A stretch of 64,000 nucleotides of DNA from Methanocaldococcus sp. 16A (GTDB lineage Archaea; AGJL01; Methanococci; Methanococcales; Methanocaldococcaceae), in NCBI GenBank assembly GCA_049860595.1, contig CP187551.1, one strand, 5' to 3'. Shown piece by piece: positions 52,368 to 63,990 of this stretch (its first letter is position 1; each line of letters begins with the position of its first letter). Made by a program: the position numbers and the translations under genes. The notes beneath the pieces are model-generated. The model was not told the origin of the DNA. It ran no database searches and was given only the letters and a program-made list of their open reading frames with translations.

Positions 52368-52757
52368 ATGAGTGTATGGCAGGGAAGAAGTAGAAGAAAA
52401 CCAACAGGAGGATTATATAGACCAGCAAGAAAAAAGAGAAAATTTGAAATGGGTAGAGAACCAATTGAAACACACGTAGCAGAAGATGTTATCAAAGTAA
52501 AGAAGGTTAGAACAAGAGGAGGAAACTTAAAGGTTAAAGTTGTTAGAACAGGCTTTGCTAATGTATTAGACCCAGAAACAAATACCTGTAAAAAAGTTAA
52601 AATAATAAGAGTTAGAGAAAACACTGCAAACATCCACTACGTTAGAAGAAACGTTATAACAAAAGGAGCAATTATTGAAACAGAGATTGGTTTGGCAAAA
52701 GTTACATCAAGACCAGGGCAAGATGGAACTGTCAATGCAATATTAATTAAAGAGTAA
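52368..52757 (+). CDS. rps8e: 30S ribosomal protein S8e
   Basis: [27 protein letters not shown]. Confidence 0.97.
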   Translation: MSVWQGRSRRKPTGGLYRPARKKRKFEMGREPIETHVAEDVIKVKKVRTRGGNLKVKVVRTGFANVLDPETNTCKKVKIIRVRENTANIHYVRRNVITKGAIIETEIGLAKVTSRPGQDGTVNAILIKE

Positions 52758-52827
52758 ATCTCTAATCTTTTATTTTTTATATCCTACATAATTTATTTAT
52801 TTAAATTAACCATTAATATGTGAGATT

Positions 52828-53835
52828 ATGAAACTTGAGAGATATTTAGCTGTTTCAAAAGATTTAGTCCCAGCAAAGTTCATAATAACTAAGTGTATAG
52901 AAGTTGAAGAATTTGATGGATTGGAAATAAACGAATTATGGAACTTACATAACAAATTTGTAAAAAAATTAGACTTTAATATCAATTTTGAAGATTTGGA
53001 ATTTGTTAAACCAAACTTATTAGATTTAAAAATAGAAATTGCTAAAAGAATTTTTAGAAATTGTCATTTCTGTGAGCATAGGTGTTATGTAAATAGAGAA
53101 AATGAGAGAGGATTTTGTAGAATAAAAGAAAGTTATTACTCATCAGAATTTTTGCATTTTGGAGAAGAGAATGTTTTAATACCATCACACACAATTTTTT
53201 TCTGTGGATGTAATTTTAAATGTGTCTTCTGCCAAAATTGGGATATATCTCAAGTTTATTTTGATGATTCCATACCAAACTTATGCATCCCTTATAACCC
53301 AAAAGAAATGGCTAAAATTGTAGAATATAGAAGAAGTATTTCAAAAAACGTTAATTTTGTTGGAGGGGAACCTACTCCTCATTTATTAAGTATTTTAGAG
53401 ACATTAAAATATCTAAATGTAAATATTCCTGTTGTTTGGAACTCAAATATGTATCTGACTGTTGAAGGACTAAGTTTATTAAAAGGTGTCGTTGATGTTT
53501 TCCTAACAGATTTTAAATTTGGAAATAATGAATGTGGAAAAAGATTATCAAAAATTGAGAACTATTTTGATATAATTAGTAGGAACCATTTACTTATAAG
53601 AGATGAGGAAGTTATTATAAGGCACTTAGTAATGCCTAACCATCTTTATTGTTGCACAGAGAAAATATTTGAATTTATTTCCAAATATTTGGACAATGCT
53701 GTAGTTAATGTAATGTTTCAATATCGTCCAGAATATAAGGCAAAATATTATCCAGACATAAATAGAACTTTAACATATGAGGAGATGGCAATAGCATTAG
53801 ACTTAGCAAAAAAATATAAATTAGATTTAATTTAA
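52828..53835 (+). CDS. Radical SAM protein, PflX-like
   Basis: CHFCEHRC, GCNFKCVFCQNWDIS, GGEPTP, RHLVMP. Confidence 0.85.
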   Translation: MKLERYLAVSKDLVPAKFIITKCIEVEEFDGLEINELWNLHNKFVKKLDFNINFEDLEFVKPNLLDLKIEIAKRIFRNCHFCEHRCYVNRENERGFCRIKESYYSSEFLHFGEENVLIPSHTIFFCGCNFKCVFCQNWDISQVYFDDSIPNLCIPYNPKEMAKIVEYRRSISKNVNFVGGEPTPHLLSILETLKYLNVNIPVVWNSNMYLTVEGLSLLKGVVDVFLTDFKFGNNECGKRLSKIENYFDIISRNHLLIRDEEVIIRHLVMPNHLYCCTEKIFEFISKYLDNAVVNVMFQYRPEYKAKYYPDINRTLTYEEMAIALDLAKKYKLDLI

Positions 53836-53841
53836 TACTTC

Positions 53842-55020
53842 TTATCCATTTTTCACCTTTTCCCTCTTAATCATTTTAAATTTTTTCCCTCCACATTCAC
53901 AAATTAAATCCTCAACTTTTTTTATTTTATCTCCAACTTTATGGATTTTTCCACATTTTAGGCATTTGTAATATCTTATAACCGGCTTAACTAAACCAGT
54001 ATATATTTTCTCAGTGTCTCCAATATTTATTTTCAAATTTTTTCCAATTAATCTCGCTATAAATGTTGTATTTGCAATTATCTCACTACCTTCATAATAA
54101 TTAAAGTTTGGTATCAACTCTGAAATAACGAATCCCATATCTGTAATTGCTTTTTGAATAGAGAGCCATTCATCTATTGGCTTGTGAGAATAAGACAAAT
54201 AAGCTATTCCTTCTTTTCCTAACGCCTCAATCCCTCTTGATAAAAATAGCTTTAAGCCATTAACAGTATATGGCGGGTCTGTTGAGATAACATCAAACCT
54301 CTCCTTTAAATTTTCAGGAAGAGGCTTTCTCAAATCATGTTTAATTGTTTTAATCTTAACATTTTCTTTTTGTGAGAATTTTTCTATAAGCTTTAGAATC
54401 CTCTCATCTATATCCACAACAGCTATTTCTTCAGCCATGTTTGTTAGAGCAGTTGGTAGAGATGTTAGGTCATCATCTCCAACAAATAGAATTCTCTTTC
54501 CTTCTAAATCCCCTCTTTCGTACATTAAAGCAGCTCTATATGTTGATGTCTCTGGTGTTGCAAAGGATTGGTCTATTGTTGTATTGACTAATGGCCTTCT
54601 TTTAGCCCAAACTCTAACCTTATTTAAAATATCTTCAAAAAATTCATCTAAAACTATGCCTCTACCTCCACATCTATCACATAGCAAAGATTTTTTATAC
54701 TTTAATTTTAAAAAATTCTCTGCAAATTCTATTCCTAAATCTGTTAGCTCAGCTCCTCTTTCAGTCCTCTTTAATATTTTTTCTCTCTCTAAGATAGTCC
54801 TTACCTTAGCAACAATTGGTAAAGGCAATCTTGTCTTTTGACCAATCTTTTTTGTAGATATTGGCTGATGTCTATAAATAACTCTAATTATATCTTCAAC
54901 AGCTCTTTTTCCCTCAGCTATATCAGCTTTTTTAGCAACACTATCCAAAAGTATTGAAAATTTTACCTTCTCATCTACTTTTGTTTCTTTACCTTTTCCA
55001 ATTTTCCCAATAATTTTCAT
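53842..55020 (-). CDS. bpsA: Branched-chain polyamine (bis-aminopropyl spermidine) synthase
   Basis: C..C.GRG, DQSFATPET, GDLEGK.ILFVGDDDLTS, TDPP. Confidence 0.8.
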   Translation of the reverse strand: MKIIGKIGKGKETKVDEKVKFSILLDSVAKKADIAEGKRAVEDIIRVIYRHQPISTKKIGQKTRLPLPIVAKVRTILEREKILKRTERGAELTDLGIEFAENFLKLKYKKSLLCDRCGGRGIVLDEFFEDILNKVRVWAKRRPLVNTTIDQSFATPETSTYRAALMYERGDLEGKRILFVGDDDLTSLPTALTNMAEEIAVVDIDERILKLIEKFSQKENVKIKTIKHDLRKPLPENLKERFDVISTDPPYTVNGLKLFLSRGIEALGKEGIAYLSYSHKPIDEWLSIQKAITDMGFVISELIPNFNYYEGSEIIANTTFIARLIGKNLKINIGDTEKIYTGLVKPVIRYYKCLKCGKIHKVGDKIKKVEDLICECGGKKFKMIKREKVKNG

Positions 55021-55041
55021 TATTTCACCAAAAATTAAAGA

Positions 55042-56049
55042 TTAACAGACTCTCGGTATAGGGTCACCGATTGGTGTATCTACAACTCTCTTTCCTACAA
55101 TTGTTTCCATTACAACCCCTTTATGTTCTTTTGTAGCATAGCCAATAATTTCAGCATTCTTTCCTAACGGATGTTCTCTCAAAATCTCTAAACATCTTTC
55201 AGCATCTTCCTTTTTAACAGCCATTACTACCTTTCCCTCATTAGCTATTGTTAAAGGGTCTAAGCCAAGGATATCACAAATTGACTGAACTTCATCACTT
55301 ATTGGGATTTTGTCCTCAAAGATAGTTATTCCTATATTGCTTTTTTCAGCCATCTCATTTAACGCATCTGCCAAACCTCCCCTTGTAGGGTCTTTCATTG
55401 CATTTATTTGAATTTCTTCTTCTAAAACCTTCTCAATCAATTTATTTATTGGGGCTACATCTGATTTTATATTTGTTTCAAAATCAAATCCTTCCCTTGA
55501 TAATAGAATAGCTAATCCATGCTCTCCTATATTTCCAGAGACAATTATTGCATCTCCCTCTTGAACATTACAATCTCTAATAGCTTTACCTCTATCAACA
55601 ATCCCTATTCCAGCAGTTGAAATAATGATATCATCAACTCCATCAGATACCTTTGTATCTCCTGTTACTATTGCTACTTCTGCCTCTTTAGATGTCTCAT
55701 TTATTGATTTAATTATTTTCTCTAAATCCTCTAAGTTAAAACCCTCTGGAATGATTAAAGATAGAGATAGAGCTAATGGCTTAGCCCCCATAACTGCTAA
55801 ATCATTTACAGTCCCACTAACAGCCAATCTACCTATATCCCCACCTGGGAAAAATATTGGTTTAACTGTATGCCCATCAACGGTAAAGACAATCTCTTTA
55901 TCTCCTATTGGGATAGTTGCTGAATCATCTAAGCTCTCTAAGCCAATTCCTCCATTAACTGATGTTATCTCTAAATTTTTCAATATTACATCTTTTATAA
56001 GTTCCTGCATTACCTTTCCTCCAGCTCCATGCATTCTTGTGATTTTCAT
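55042..56049 (-). CDS. hypE: Hydrogenase maturation protein HypE
   Basis: HGAGG, FFPGGDIG, GDTKV, DPTRGG, C-terminal PRVC; ATG at 56049. Confidence 0.96.
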   Translation of the reverse strand: MKITRMHGAGGKVMQELIKDVILKNLEITSVNGGIGLESLDDSATIPIGDKEIVFTVDGHTVKPIFFPGGDIGRLAVSGTVNDLAVMGAKPLALSLSLIIPEGFNLEDLEKIIKSINETSKEAEVAIVTGDTKVSDGVDDIIISTAGIGIVDRGKAIRDCNVQEGDAIIVSGNIGEHGLAILLSREGFDFETNIKSDVAPINKLIEKVLEEEIQINAMKDPTRGGLADALNEMAEKSNIGITIFEDKIPISDEVQSICDILGLDPLTIANEGKVVMAVKKEDAERCLEILREHPLGKNAEIIGYATKEHKGVVMETIVGKRVVDTPIGDPIPRVC

Positions 56050-56186
56050 AATCTCACTCTTTAACTTTATTGAATACTTAAATATTTTGATATTTAATTT
56101 ATAGTCCTTCACTGAATCTAAGTTTAATCAACATGAACAAAAATAACTACTAAAATAAATAAAAAAATAGAGATAAATAACCAAAT

Positions 56187-57179
56187 TTAATCTCCTCTAT
56201 ATTGCATTTTCTCAGCTTCGCTTATTTGAGTTATATCTATTCCTTTCATAGCTTCTCCTAAGTTCTTGCTAACCTCTGCAACAACATCTGGCTTATCATA
56301 GTTATAAGTAGCTTCAACAATTGCTCTAGCTCTTTCTAATGGGTTCTCTGATTTAAATATTCCTGAACCAACAAAAACTCCATCAGAACCGAGTTGCATC
56401 ATTAATGCAGCGTCTGCAGGTGTTGCAACTCCTCCAGCCGCAAAATTAACTACTGGCAATCTTCCTAATTTTTTAACCTCTAATAAAACTTTATACAATC
56501 CATCAACAATCTCAGCCAATGTAAAGCCCTCGTAGATTGGCTCATTTTCTAAAACAGTTGCTGGCAATCCCATTCCTTCTCTAACTGTCTCAGCTAATTC
56601 AGCATATCTTTGAGCATAGAATTTAGCAACTCCATAAACTTCTTCATCAGTCATTCTCTGCAATTGAGCTATAGCTTCATTCATCAATCTCATGTGTCTA
56701 ACTGCCTCAACAATGTTTCCAGTTCCTGCCTCTCCTTTTGTTCTTATCATAGCTGCTCCTTCCCAGATTCTTCTAACAGCCTCTCCTAAGTTTCTTGCCC
56801 CACAAACAAATGGAACGTTAAATTTCTTCTTATATATGTGGAAAAATGGATCTGCTTGGGTTAAAACTTCACTCTCATCAATCATATCTACTCCAATAGC
56901 CTCTAAAACCTCTGCTTCTGTTGTATGTCCAATTCTACACTTAGCCATAACTGGAATTGAAACAGCATCCATTATCTCCTCAATTAAAGCTGGGTCTGAC
57001 ATTCTTGCAACTCCACCAGCTGCCCTAATATCAGCAGGAACTCTTTCCAAAGCCATAACTGCAACAGCTCCTGCTTCTTCAGCTATTTGAGCTTGTTCAA
57101 CATTAGTAACGTCCATTACAACTCCATGCTTAACCATCTTAGCAAATCCTTTCTTTAATAAATCAGTTCCTTTTTTCAT
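56187..57179 (-). CDS. pdxS: Pyridoxal 5'-phosphate synthase subunit PdxS
   Basis: [36 protein letters not shown]. Confidence 0.97.
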   Translation of the reverse strand: MKKGTDLLKKGFAKMVKHGVVMDVTNVEQAQIAEEAGAVAVMALERVPADIRAAGGVARMSDPALIEEIMDAVSIPVMAKCRIGHTTEAEVLEAIGVDMIDESEVLTQADPFFHIYKKKFNVPFVCGARNLGEAVRRIWEGAAMIRTKGEAGTGNIVEAVRHMRLMNEAIAQLQRMTDEEVYGVAKFYAQRYAELAETVREGMGLPATVLENEPIYEGFTLAEIVDGLYKVLLEVKKLGRLPVVNFAAGGVATPADAALMMQLGSDGVFVGSGIFKSENPLERARAIVEATYNYDKPDVVAEVSKNLGEAMKGIDITQISEAEKMQYRGD

Positions 57180-57265
57180 AACTATCCCTCCATAAGCTAT
57201 GAGTTATTTAAAAGTTTGTGTATGAAGTTATAATCTCCAAGCTATTATATATTATTTTAATTTTT

Positions 57266-58228
57266 TTAGTGATAAATTATTAGCACAAACACTGCTATAA
57301 ATAACATAACCCATAATAAAATTGCATATAACGTATATTTTTTTGCCTTCTCTTTTTCCCACCATCTATATGGTGAAATCCCATAAGCTGAGAATATAAC
57401 AATGGCGGATAAATTTATTGCTATCATATTTATTAAAAATAAAATTAATGCTAAAAAACTCTCTGTTATATAACCAGCCCCTATTAGCAAACCAAACACA
57501 GCCAATGGAGGTAGTAAGGCAATAGCTATCATAACTCCTACAACAGTAGATGAAACGTTTGATATTGTTGATAAACTTCCAGCAATCCCTGCTGATAAAG
57601 CTATAACAATATTCCAAAAATCTAAGGTAATTCTTGAGTGTATTTGTGGATTATCTAAAGATATAGGCAAATAATGACCAGCAATCATTGACAAAACTAT
57701 AACAAAAACTAATTCTATTATTATTGTCTTTATACTTTTTAATGCCAACTTATAATCTGCTACTGTAATTGACAAAGATAAAGAAATATTAGGACCTAAT
57801 AAAGGGGCGATAATCATTGAAGCTATCAATAAAGCAACATCATCTTTATAAATCCCAGCTATAGCAACGATTGTAGATAATATAAGCATTAAGATATTTT
57901 CCTTTGTTAAATTTGCAATATCTGCAACTGTACTATATAATTCCTCCCTAATTAATCTCTCTGGTTTTTCTTTCTCTTCTTCCTCTTCAATTGGAGGATA
58001 AGTCATGGTTGGTTCAAATACAACAATCCTATAATTTGCTCCTCCATATCTCTCTTTAAGTTTATCAACTATCTTTTCACTATCTTTTAATGTCGTTAAA
58101 ATTTGTATGGTTGAGATTGCTCCATTTGTTTTAACATTAGCCCAAATAACTCCATCCCATTCTCTTATTTCATCAATTCCCATAAATAAATGCTTAGGTA
58201 TGTGGCATTCAATAAATCTAAGCTTCAT
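57266..58228 (-). CDS. TIGR00341/DUF389-type membrane protein
   Basis: ASMIIAPLLGP, GVMIAIALLPP. Confidence 0.8.
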   Translation of the reverse strand: MKLRFIECHIPKHLFMGIDEIREWDGVIWANVKTNGAISTIQILTTLKDSEKIVDKLKERYGGANYRIVVFEPTMTYPPIEEEEEKEKPERLIREELYSTVADIANLTKENILMLILSTIVAIAGIYKDDVALLIASMIIAPLLGPNISLSLSITVADYKLALKSIKTIIIELVFVIVLSMIAGHYLPISLDNPQIHSRITLDFWNIVIALSAGIAGSLSTISNVSSTVVGVMIAIALLPPLAVFGLLIGAGYITESFLALILFLINMIAINLSAIVIFSAYGISPYRWWEKEKAKKYTLYAILLWVMLFIAVFVLIIYH

Positions 58229-58267
58229 AATCCCAACATAAAAATTATTTAAAAATTTAAAATAGAT

Positions 58268-59218
58268 TTACTCTTTTTTCATCTCGTTTAAGATTCTCTT
58301 AGCTATGCTTTCTCCATCTAATCCATAGTATTTTAAAAGCTCATCTGCCTTTCCACTTCTTCCAAATACATCATTAATTCCTATTCTTAAAAGCTTTTTA
58401 TTTAAACCATTTGAAGCTATTACCTCAGCAACAGCTCCTCCTAAACCGCCAATAATGTTGTGGTCTTCAACTGTAACAACAAAATCTTTTGATTTTTTAA
58501 TTATTTCCTCATCTATTGGTTTTATTGTAGCCATCTCTACTATCTCAGCTGATATTCCATTTTCTTTTAAAATTTCTGCAGCTCTCAAAGCCTCTGGCAC
58601 TTCCTCTCCAGTAGCTATGATAGTTAAATCATCTCCTTCAACTAAAACCTTTCCTCTTCCTATTTTAAATGTTGCCTCTTCCTCATTTTCATAAATTATC
58701 TCAGTATCTCTCCTTGGCATTCTTACATAAACAGGACCTTTATAATCAGCTATAGTTCTAATAACATTTTTTGTGTGATAATAATCTGAAGGAGCAATAA
58801 CAACCATGTTTGGAATTGCTCTCATTATAGCTATATCTTCACACATTTGGTGGGAAGCCCCATCCTCTCCAACAGTAATTCCTGCGTGTGTTGCAACAAT
58901 CTTCACATTTAGCTTTGGATATGCCACTAAATTCCTTATTATTTCCCATGCCCTTCCACTTGCAAACATTGAGAATGATGAAGCAAAGACAATTTTACCA
59001 GTTGTTGCTAATCCTGCTGCCATACCTATCATATTTTGTTCAGCAACTCCTGCATTGAAAAATCTGTCTGGAAATTCCTTAGCAAACATAGCTGTTTGTG
59101 TAGAACCAGATAAATCAGCATCCAAAACTACCAAATTTTTATACTTTTTTCCTAACTCTATCAGTGTCTCTCCATAACCTTTTCTCATCCCTTTATAAAC
59201 TCCACTCAACTTAACCAT
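58268..59218 (-). CDS. Transketolase, C-terminal (pyrimidine-binding) subunit
   Basis: DADLSGST, GVAEQNM, GEDGASHQ, TIKPID. Confidence 0.92.
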   Translation of the reverse strand: MVKLSGVYKGMRKGYGETLIELGKKYKNLVVLDADLSGSTQTAMFAKEFPDRFFNAGVAEQNMIGMAAGLATTGKIVFASSFSMFASGRAWEIIRNLVAYPKLNVKIVATHAGITVGEDGASHQMCEDIAIMRAIPNMVVIAPSDYYHTKNVIRTIADYKGPVYVRMPRRDTEIIYENEEEATFKIGRGKVLVEGDDLTIIATGEEVPEALRAAEILKENGISAEIVEMATIKPIDEEIIKKSKDFVVTVEDHNIIGGLGGAVAEVIASNGLNKKLLRIGINDVFGRSGKADELLKYYGLDGESIAKRILNEMKKE

Positions 59219-59252
59219 AATTTTTCACCTAATAATTAATTTTATTTTCTTT

Positions 59253-59966
59253 TTACTGTGTTTCTTCATGAATATCAAAGCTTTTTGTTGAAAAATTCTG
59301 ATTTTCTATATTTAAAGCTTTTAAAGCTGCGTCTCTTAAGTTTTTAACTGCTGTTTTAACATCATCTTTTCCAAATATTGCTGAAGCTGCAACTAAAACA
59401 TCTGCTCCAGCTTTTACTGCCAATGGGGCGGTTTCAACATTTATTCCTCCATCAACAAAGATTTTTGTATCATAACCATTTTCAACAATCATGCTTTTCA
59501 ATTTTCTAATCTTTTTTGTCATCACTGGAATAAACTTCTGTCCAGAAAATCCAGGTTCAACAGTCATGACTAAAACTCCATAAACTTCATCTAAAATATA
59601 CTCTATTCTATCCAAAGGTGTTGCTGGATTTAAAGCTACTATTGGCTTAGCTCCAATGCTTTTAATCTTATTTATAATTCTAAATGGAAATCTTACCGCT
59701 TCTATATGGAAGGTTATATAATCCATTTCTTCAAATTCATTAATAAATAAATCAACATTTTCAACCATTAAATGAACCTCAATAGGGAGGTGTGTTAATT
59801 TTTTAACATGCTTTGCAATCCCAATTCCCATACTTATATTTGGAACAAAATGCCCATCCATCATATCTACATGGAAGAAATCAACTCCAGCTTCTTCAGC
59901 CTTCCTAATCTCTTCCTTTAAATGTCCAAAATCTGCAGATAATATTGAGGCTCCAATTTTAATCAT
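59253..59966 (-). CDS. rpe: Ribulose-phosphate 3-epimerase
   Basis: SILSADF, HVDMMDGHFVPN, MTVEPGF.GQ, VDGGIN. Confidence 0.96.
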   Translation of the reverse strand: MIKIGASILSADFGHLKEEIRKAEEAGVDFFHVDMMDGHFVPNISMGIGIAKHVKKLTHLPIEVHLMVENVDLFINEFEEMDYITFHIEAVRFPFRIINKIKSIGAKPIVALNPATPLDRIEYILDEVYGVLVMTVEPGFSGQKFIPVMTKKIRKLKSMIVENGYDTKIFVDGGINVETAPLAVKAGADVLVAASAIFGKDDVKTAVKNLRDAALKALNIENQNFSTKSFDIHEETQ

Positions 59967-60049
59967 TTAAACCACCAAAAATCAATTAATAAAACAATTA
60001 ACAACTAAATTTTAATTTAAATTTTTATTTTTTTAATAATATTACATAA

Positions 60050-60880
60050 TTACTCTTCATATTTTAATTCTTCTAATGCTTGTTTTAACTGCTCTTCATT
60101 TGGTGCTTTTCCATGGAAAGCTACATTATTCTCCATGAATGAAACTCCTTTACCTTTAATTGTATAAGCAATAATCATCTTTGGCTTTCCATTTTTTAGA
60201 TTTTTAGATTTTTCTACCGTATTTATAATTTCTTCAAAGTTATGTCCATCTATCTCAAAAACATCCCATCCAAATGCTTCAAACTTAGCTTTTATATCTC
60301 CTAAACTCATAACATCCTCTGTGCATCCATCAATCTGTAATTTATTTCTATCAACAAATGCAATTAAGTTATCTAATTTGTAGTGGGCTGCTGCCATTGC
60401 CGCTTCCCATACAATGCCTTCTTGACATTCTCCATCTCCCAACAAAACATAAACATAATTATTCAACTTCTCTAACTTACATCCCAAAGCCATTCCTACT
60501 GCTGCTGAAAATCCTTGCCCTAATGAACCTGTGCAAATCTCAACTCCTGGTGTATCCATTGAAGGATGTCCTTGCAACTTTCCTTCCAATCTTCTTAATT
60601 TCCAAAGCTCCTCCTCTTCTATTATTCCCAACTCAGCCAAAACAGCATATAACGCTGGAGCAGCATGTCCCTTACTTAAAACAAATCTATCTCTATCTTT
60701 TTTATATGGATTTTTTGGGTCATAGTTCATTAATTTGAAGTATAAAGCCACTATAATATCAGTTGCAGATAAACTTCCTCCAGGATGCCCCGACTTTGCT
60801 AAACCAACCATTTTTACAATATTATATCTAACTTTTTTTGCTATTTTCTCTAAATCTTTAATTTCTAAGTTATTAGCCAT
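60050..60880 (-). CDS. Transketolase, N-terminal (ThDP-binding) subunit
   Basis: [31 protein letters not shown]. Confidence 0.92.
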   Translation of the reverse strand: MANNLEIKDLEKIAKKVRYNIVKMVGLAKSGHPGGSLSATDIIVALYFKLMNYDPKNPYKKDRDRFVLSKGHAAPALYAVLAELGIIEEEELWKLRRLEGKLQGHPSMDTPGVEICTGSLGQGFSAAVGMALGCKLEKLNNYVYVLLGDGECQEGIVWEAAMAAAHYKLDNLIAFVDRNKLQIDGCTEDVMSLGDIKAKFEAFGWDVFEIDGHNFEEIINTVEKSKNLKNGKPKMIIAYTIKGKGVSFMENNVAFHGKAPNEEQLKQALEELKYEE

Positions 60881-61034
60881 AGTTTCACCTTTTTAAGATT
60901 TAAAAAATCATATCTTTGTTTAATAAATTAATAAAAAAGTAAAAACAAAAAATCTATAATGATGTTATGCTAAAATAATTATTAGTCCTATTTAAAACTT
61001 ACACCTAAAAATAAATAGAAATAAATAGAATGAT

Positions 61035-62489
61035 TTATCCTTTAATAACTCCCAATGGTCTCATTCTTGCTACTTTTAAAGATATTCCTGCTCTATGACA
61101 TGTGTCTGCAACTAAATCAATATTCTTATATGCCTCTGGTGCTTCTTCAGCCATAACTGCCTTTGAATCACTCATGGCAATTATTCCCATCTCAGCTAAT
61201 TTTCTTTGTATCTCTTTACCTTTCCATAGCTTTAAAGCCTTAGCTCTGCTCAACTTTCTTCCTGCACCATGAGCTGTTGAACCAAATGTTTCTTTCATAG
61301 CTATTTCTGTCCCTCTCATTAAATACGAAGCTGTTCCCATATCTCCTGGAATAATAACTGGCTGTCCTACTTCTCTATATTCTTTTGGAATCGCCTCATG
61401 CCCTGGTGGAAATGCCCTTGTAGCCCCTTTTCTATGAACTACAACTTTAACTTTTCTTCCATCTATTATGTGTTCCTCTTTTTTGGCAATGTTGTGGGCT
61501 ACGTCATACACTATACTCATCTCTAAATCCTCAGCATGTATTTTAAATACTTCCTCAAAGCTCTCTCTAACCCAGTGTGTAATCATCTGTCTATTTGCCC
61601 ATGCATAGTTTGCTCCACAACACATTGCCTTAAAGTAGCTCTGCCCTTCTTCTGATTCAAATGGAGCACATGCCAATTGTCTATCTGGCAACTTTATTCC
61701 ATAGTTCTTAGCTGCTTTTTCCATAGTTCTTAAATAATCAGTACATATTTGATGTCCAAGCCCACGAGAACCGGTATGCACCATAACAACGACTTGATTC
61801 TCCTCTATTCCATAAATTTCTGCAGCTTCTTCATCAAATACTCTCTCAACATATTGCACTTCTAAAAAGTGATTACCACTACCTAAGCTACCCAATTGAA
61901 CTCTTCCTCTCTCTTTTGCTTTATCTGATACATAAGATGCGTCTGCATCTTTTAAGCAGCCATGTTCTTCAATAAACTCTAAATCTTCTTTCCAACCATA
62001 ACCCTCTCTGACAGCCCATCTAACTCCCTCTTCTAAAACATCATCCATAACACTTTTACTGAACTTTACAATTCCTTTACTACCTAAACCAGAAGGGACA
62101 TTTTTAAATAATGTTTTTATAAGCTCTTTTATTTTTGGTTCTACTTCATCTTTTGTTAAATTAGTTCTTATTAATCTAACTCCACAGTTTATATCAAAAC
62201 CTACTCCTCCAGGACTTATAACTCCCTCTCTCTGGTCAAAAGCCGCTACTCCTCCAATTGGGAACCCATAACCATAATGTACGTCTGGCATTGCAATTGA
62301 GTATTTGTAAATTCCAGGTAGGCATGCAACATTGGCTATTTGTTCTAAAACCTCTGGCTCTAACTCATCTAAAAGAATCTCATTTAAATATATTCTTCCA
62401 GGAACTCTCATACAATCTTTATAGTCTTTAGGTAACTCCCAAACTACATCAGAAACTCTGTTTAAAATATCTTTCATAATTTTCACCAT
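61035..62489 (-). CDS. rtcB: tRNA-splicing ligase RtcB (intein-free)
   Basis: [38 protein letters not shown]; probable start 62477. Confidence 0.97.
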   Translation of the reverse strand: MVKIMKDILNRVSDVVWELPKDYKDCMRVPGRIYLNEILLDELEPEVLEQIANVACLPGIYKYSIAMPDVHYGYGFPIGGVAAFDQREGVISPGGVGFDINCGVRLIRTNLTKDEVEPKIKELIKTLFKNVPSGLGSKGIVKFSKSVMDDVLEEGVRWAVREGYGWKEDLEFIEEHGCLKDADASYVSDKAKERGRVQLGSLGSGNHFLEVQYVERVFDEEAAEIYGIEENQVVVMVHTGSRGLGHQICTDYLRTMEKAAKNYGIKLPDRQLACAPFESEEGQSYFKAMCCGANYAWANRQMITHWVRESFEEVFKIHAEDLEMSIVYDVAHNIAKKEEHIIDGRKVKVVVHRKGATRAFPPGHEAIPKEYREVGQPVIIPGDMGTASYLMRGTEIAMKETFGSTAHGAGRKLSRAKALKLWKGKEIQRKLAEMGIIAMSDSKAVMAEEAPEAYKNIDLVADTCHRAGISLKVARMRPLGVIKG

Positions 62490-62511
62490 TATAATTTTAA
62501 ATTCTAATTCT

Positions 62512-62588
62512 AATAAGACTTTTGCAGTTTATATATTTAATAAGGAAGTTGTATGCCTTTAAGTATCTATTTTTGCGAAAATCCTATT
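62512..62588. repeat. Palindromic MITE-like element, subfamily A, copy 6 (degenerate, shortened)
   Basis: AATAAGACTTTTGCAGTTTATATA ... TTGCGAAAATCCTATT. Confidence 0.7.
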
Positions 62589-62703
62589 CTAAGTAAAATA
62601 TATGTACTTGCTTGGTATAATTAATTAATAATCATCATAATATTAATAAAATTGGGCTTGATATATTTTAAATAAACTCATTATATTTATTTTAGGGGGT
62701 AGT

Positions 62704-63990
62704 ATGGAAAATAAAAAACTTTCCTTATATGAAGCTGTTTCTATGGGTATTGGTGTAATGATAGGAGCAAGTATTTTCTCCATATTTGGGACTGGAGTTA
62801 AAATAGCTGGAAATTTACTACCCGAAGCTTTTGTATTGGCAGGAATCTATGCTTTTTTAGTAGCTTATTCATATATTAAGTTAAGCAGAGTTATTGTTTC
62901 TGATGCTGGACCTATAGCTTATATTCACAAAGCCTTTGGAGATAGTATAATTACTGGAGTTTTAGCTATTTTGATGTGGTTGAGTTACGTTATCTCTATA
63001 GCTTTATTTGCTAAGGGATTTGCAGGATACTTTTTACCATTGTTTAATATAGGTATAACTCCATTAACCACTGGTTTGGTTGAATTGGCAATTATTTCCT
63101 TCTTTGTGGTATTGAACTTTTTTGGTAGTAAAGCTGTTGGAAAAGCTGAGTTTCTTATTGTTTCAATTAAAGTTTCCATACTTCTATTATTTATATTATC
63201 TGGATTTTTAGTTTTAAATCCTTCTTATTTGTACCCTCCTAATTCCACAACATTTGGACTACTTTCAGCATCTGCTATATTTTTCTTATCCTATATGGGT
63301 TTTGGTGTAATCACTAACGCATCTGAACATATTGAAAATCCAAAGAAAAATGTTCCTTTAGCAATACTACTTAGTATTATTATTGTGATGTTTATATATG
63401 TTGGAGTTTCTGTGGTAGCTTTAGGTTCTTTACCAATTGATGAATTAATAAAATATAGTGAAAATGCCTTAGCAGTAGCAGCTAAACCTGTTTTGGGGAA
63501 TTTAGGATTTTTATTAATATCTATTGGGGCGTTATTTTCTATATCCTCAGCAATGAACGCCACAATTTATGGTGGAGCAAATATTGCCTATGCTTTGGCA
63601 AAAGAAGGGGAGTTACCAAAATTTTTTGAAAGAAAAGTTTGGTTTGGCTCCTCTGAAGGGTTGTATATAACAGCTATCTTAGGTTATCTATTTGCATTAC
63701 TTTTTAATATGGAGGGGGTAGCTTCAATAACAAGTGCTGTCTTTATAATGATATATTTGTTTGTAATCTTATCCCATTATAAACTTATAAACGAAGTTGG
63801 AGGAAAAAAATGGCTTCTTAAATTTAATTTTTCTATAATATTTATTGTTTTTTTAATCCTTTTATATTATCAATGGTGTAACAATAAAATGGCTTTCTAT
63901 GGAATTATTATAACATTTCTATTAGCATTTTTATTTGAGTGTTTCTATAGAAAAAGAAGATGCTTTACTATCAAAAATAAACACCCATAA
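62704..63990 (+). CDS. APC-family amino acid permease
   Basis: GVMIGASIF, FFLSYMGF...EHIENPKKN.P, about 12 TM segments. Confidence 0.88.
   Translation: MENKKLSLYEAVSMGIGVMIGASIFSIFGTGVKIAGNLLPEAFVLAGIYAFLVAYSYIKLSRVIVSDAGPIAYIHKAFGDSIITGVLAILMWLSYVISIALFAKGFAGYFLPLFNIGITPLTTGLVELAIISFFVVLNFFGSKAVGKAEFLIVSIKVSILLLFILSGFLVLNPSYLYPPNSTTFGLLSASAIFFLSYMGFGVITNASEHIENPKKNVPLAILLSIIIVMFIYVGVSVVALGSLPIDELIKYSENALAVAAKPVLGNLGFLLISIGALFSISSAMNATIYGGANIAYALAKEGELPKFFERKVWFGSSEGLYITAILGYLFALLFNMEGVASITSAVFIMIYLFVILSHYKLINEVGGKKWLLKFNFSIIFIVFLILLYYQWCNNKMAFYGIIITFLLAFLFECFYRKRRCFTIKNKHP

Noticed and set aside
58268-60880. Transketolase split into two genes around rpe
   Set aside because: Split transketolase and a non-oxidative pentose phosphate pathway are established for Methanococcales; this is not a frameshift.
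60984-60992. AGTCCTATT matching the A-element end
   Set aside because: Only 9 bp, with no partner arm or inner hairpin.
62544-62557. GGAA-N6-TGCC resembling an NrpR operator upstream of the amino acid permease
   Set aside because: It has one mismatch to GGAA-N6-TTCC and is explained as the ordinary interior of the degenerate A element.
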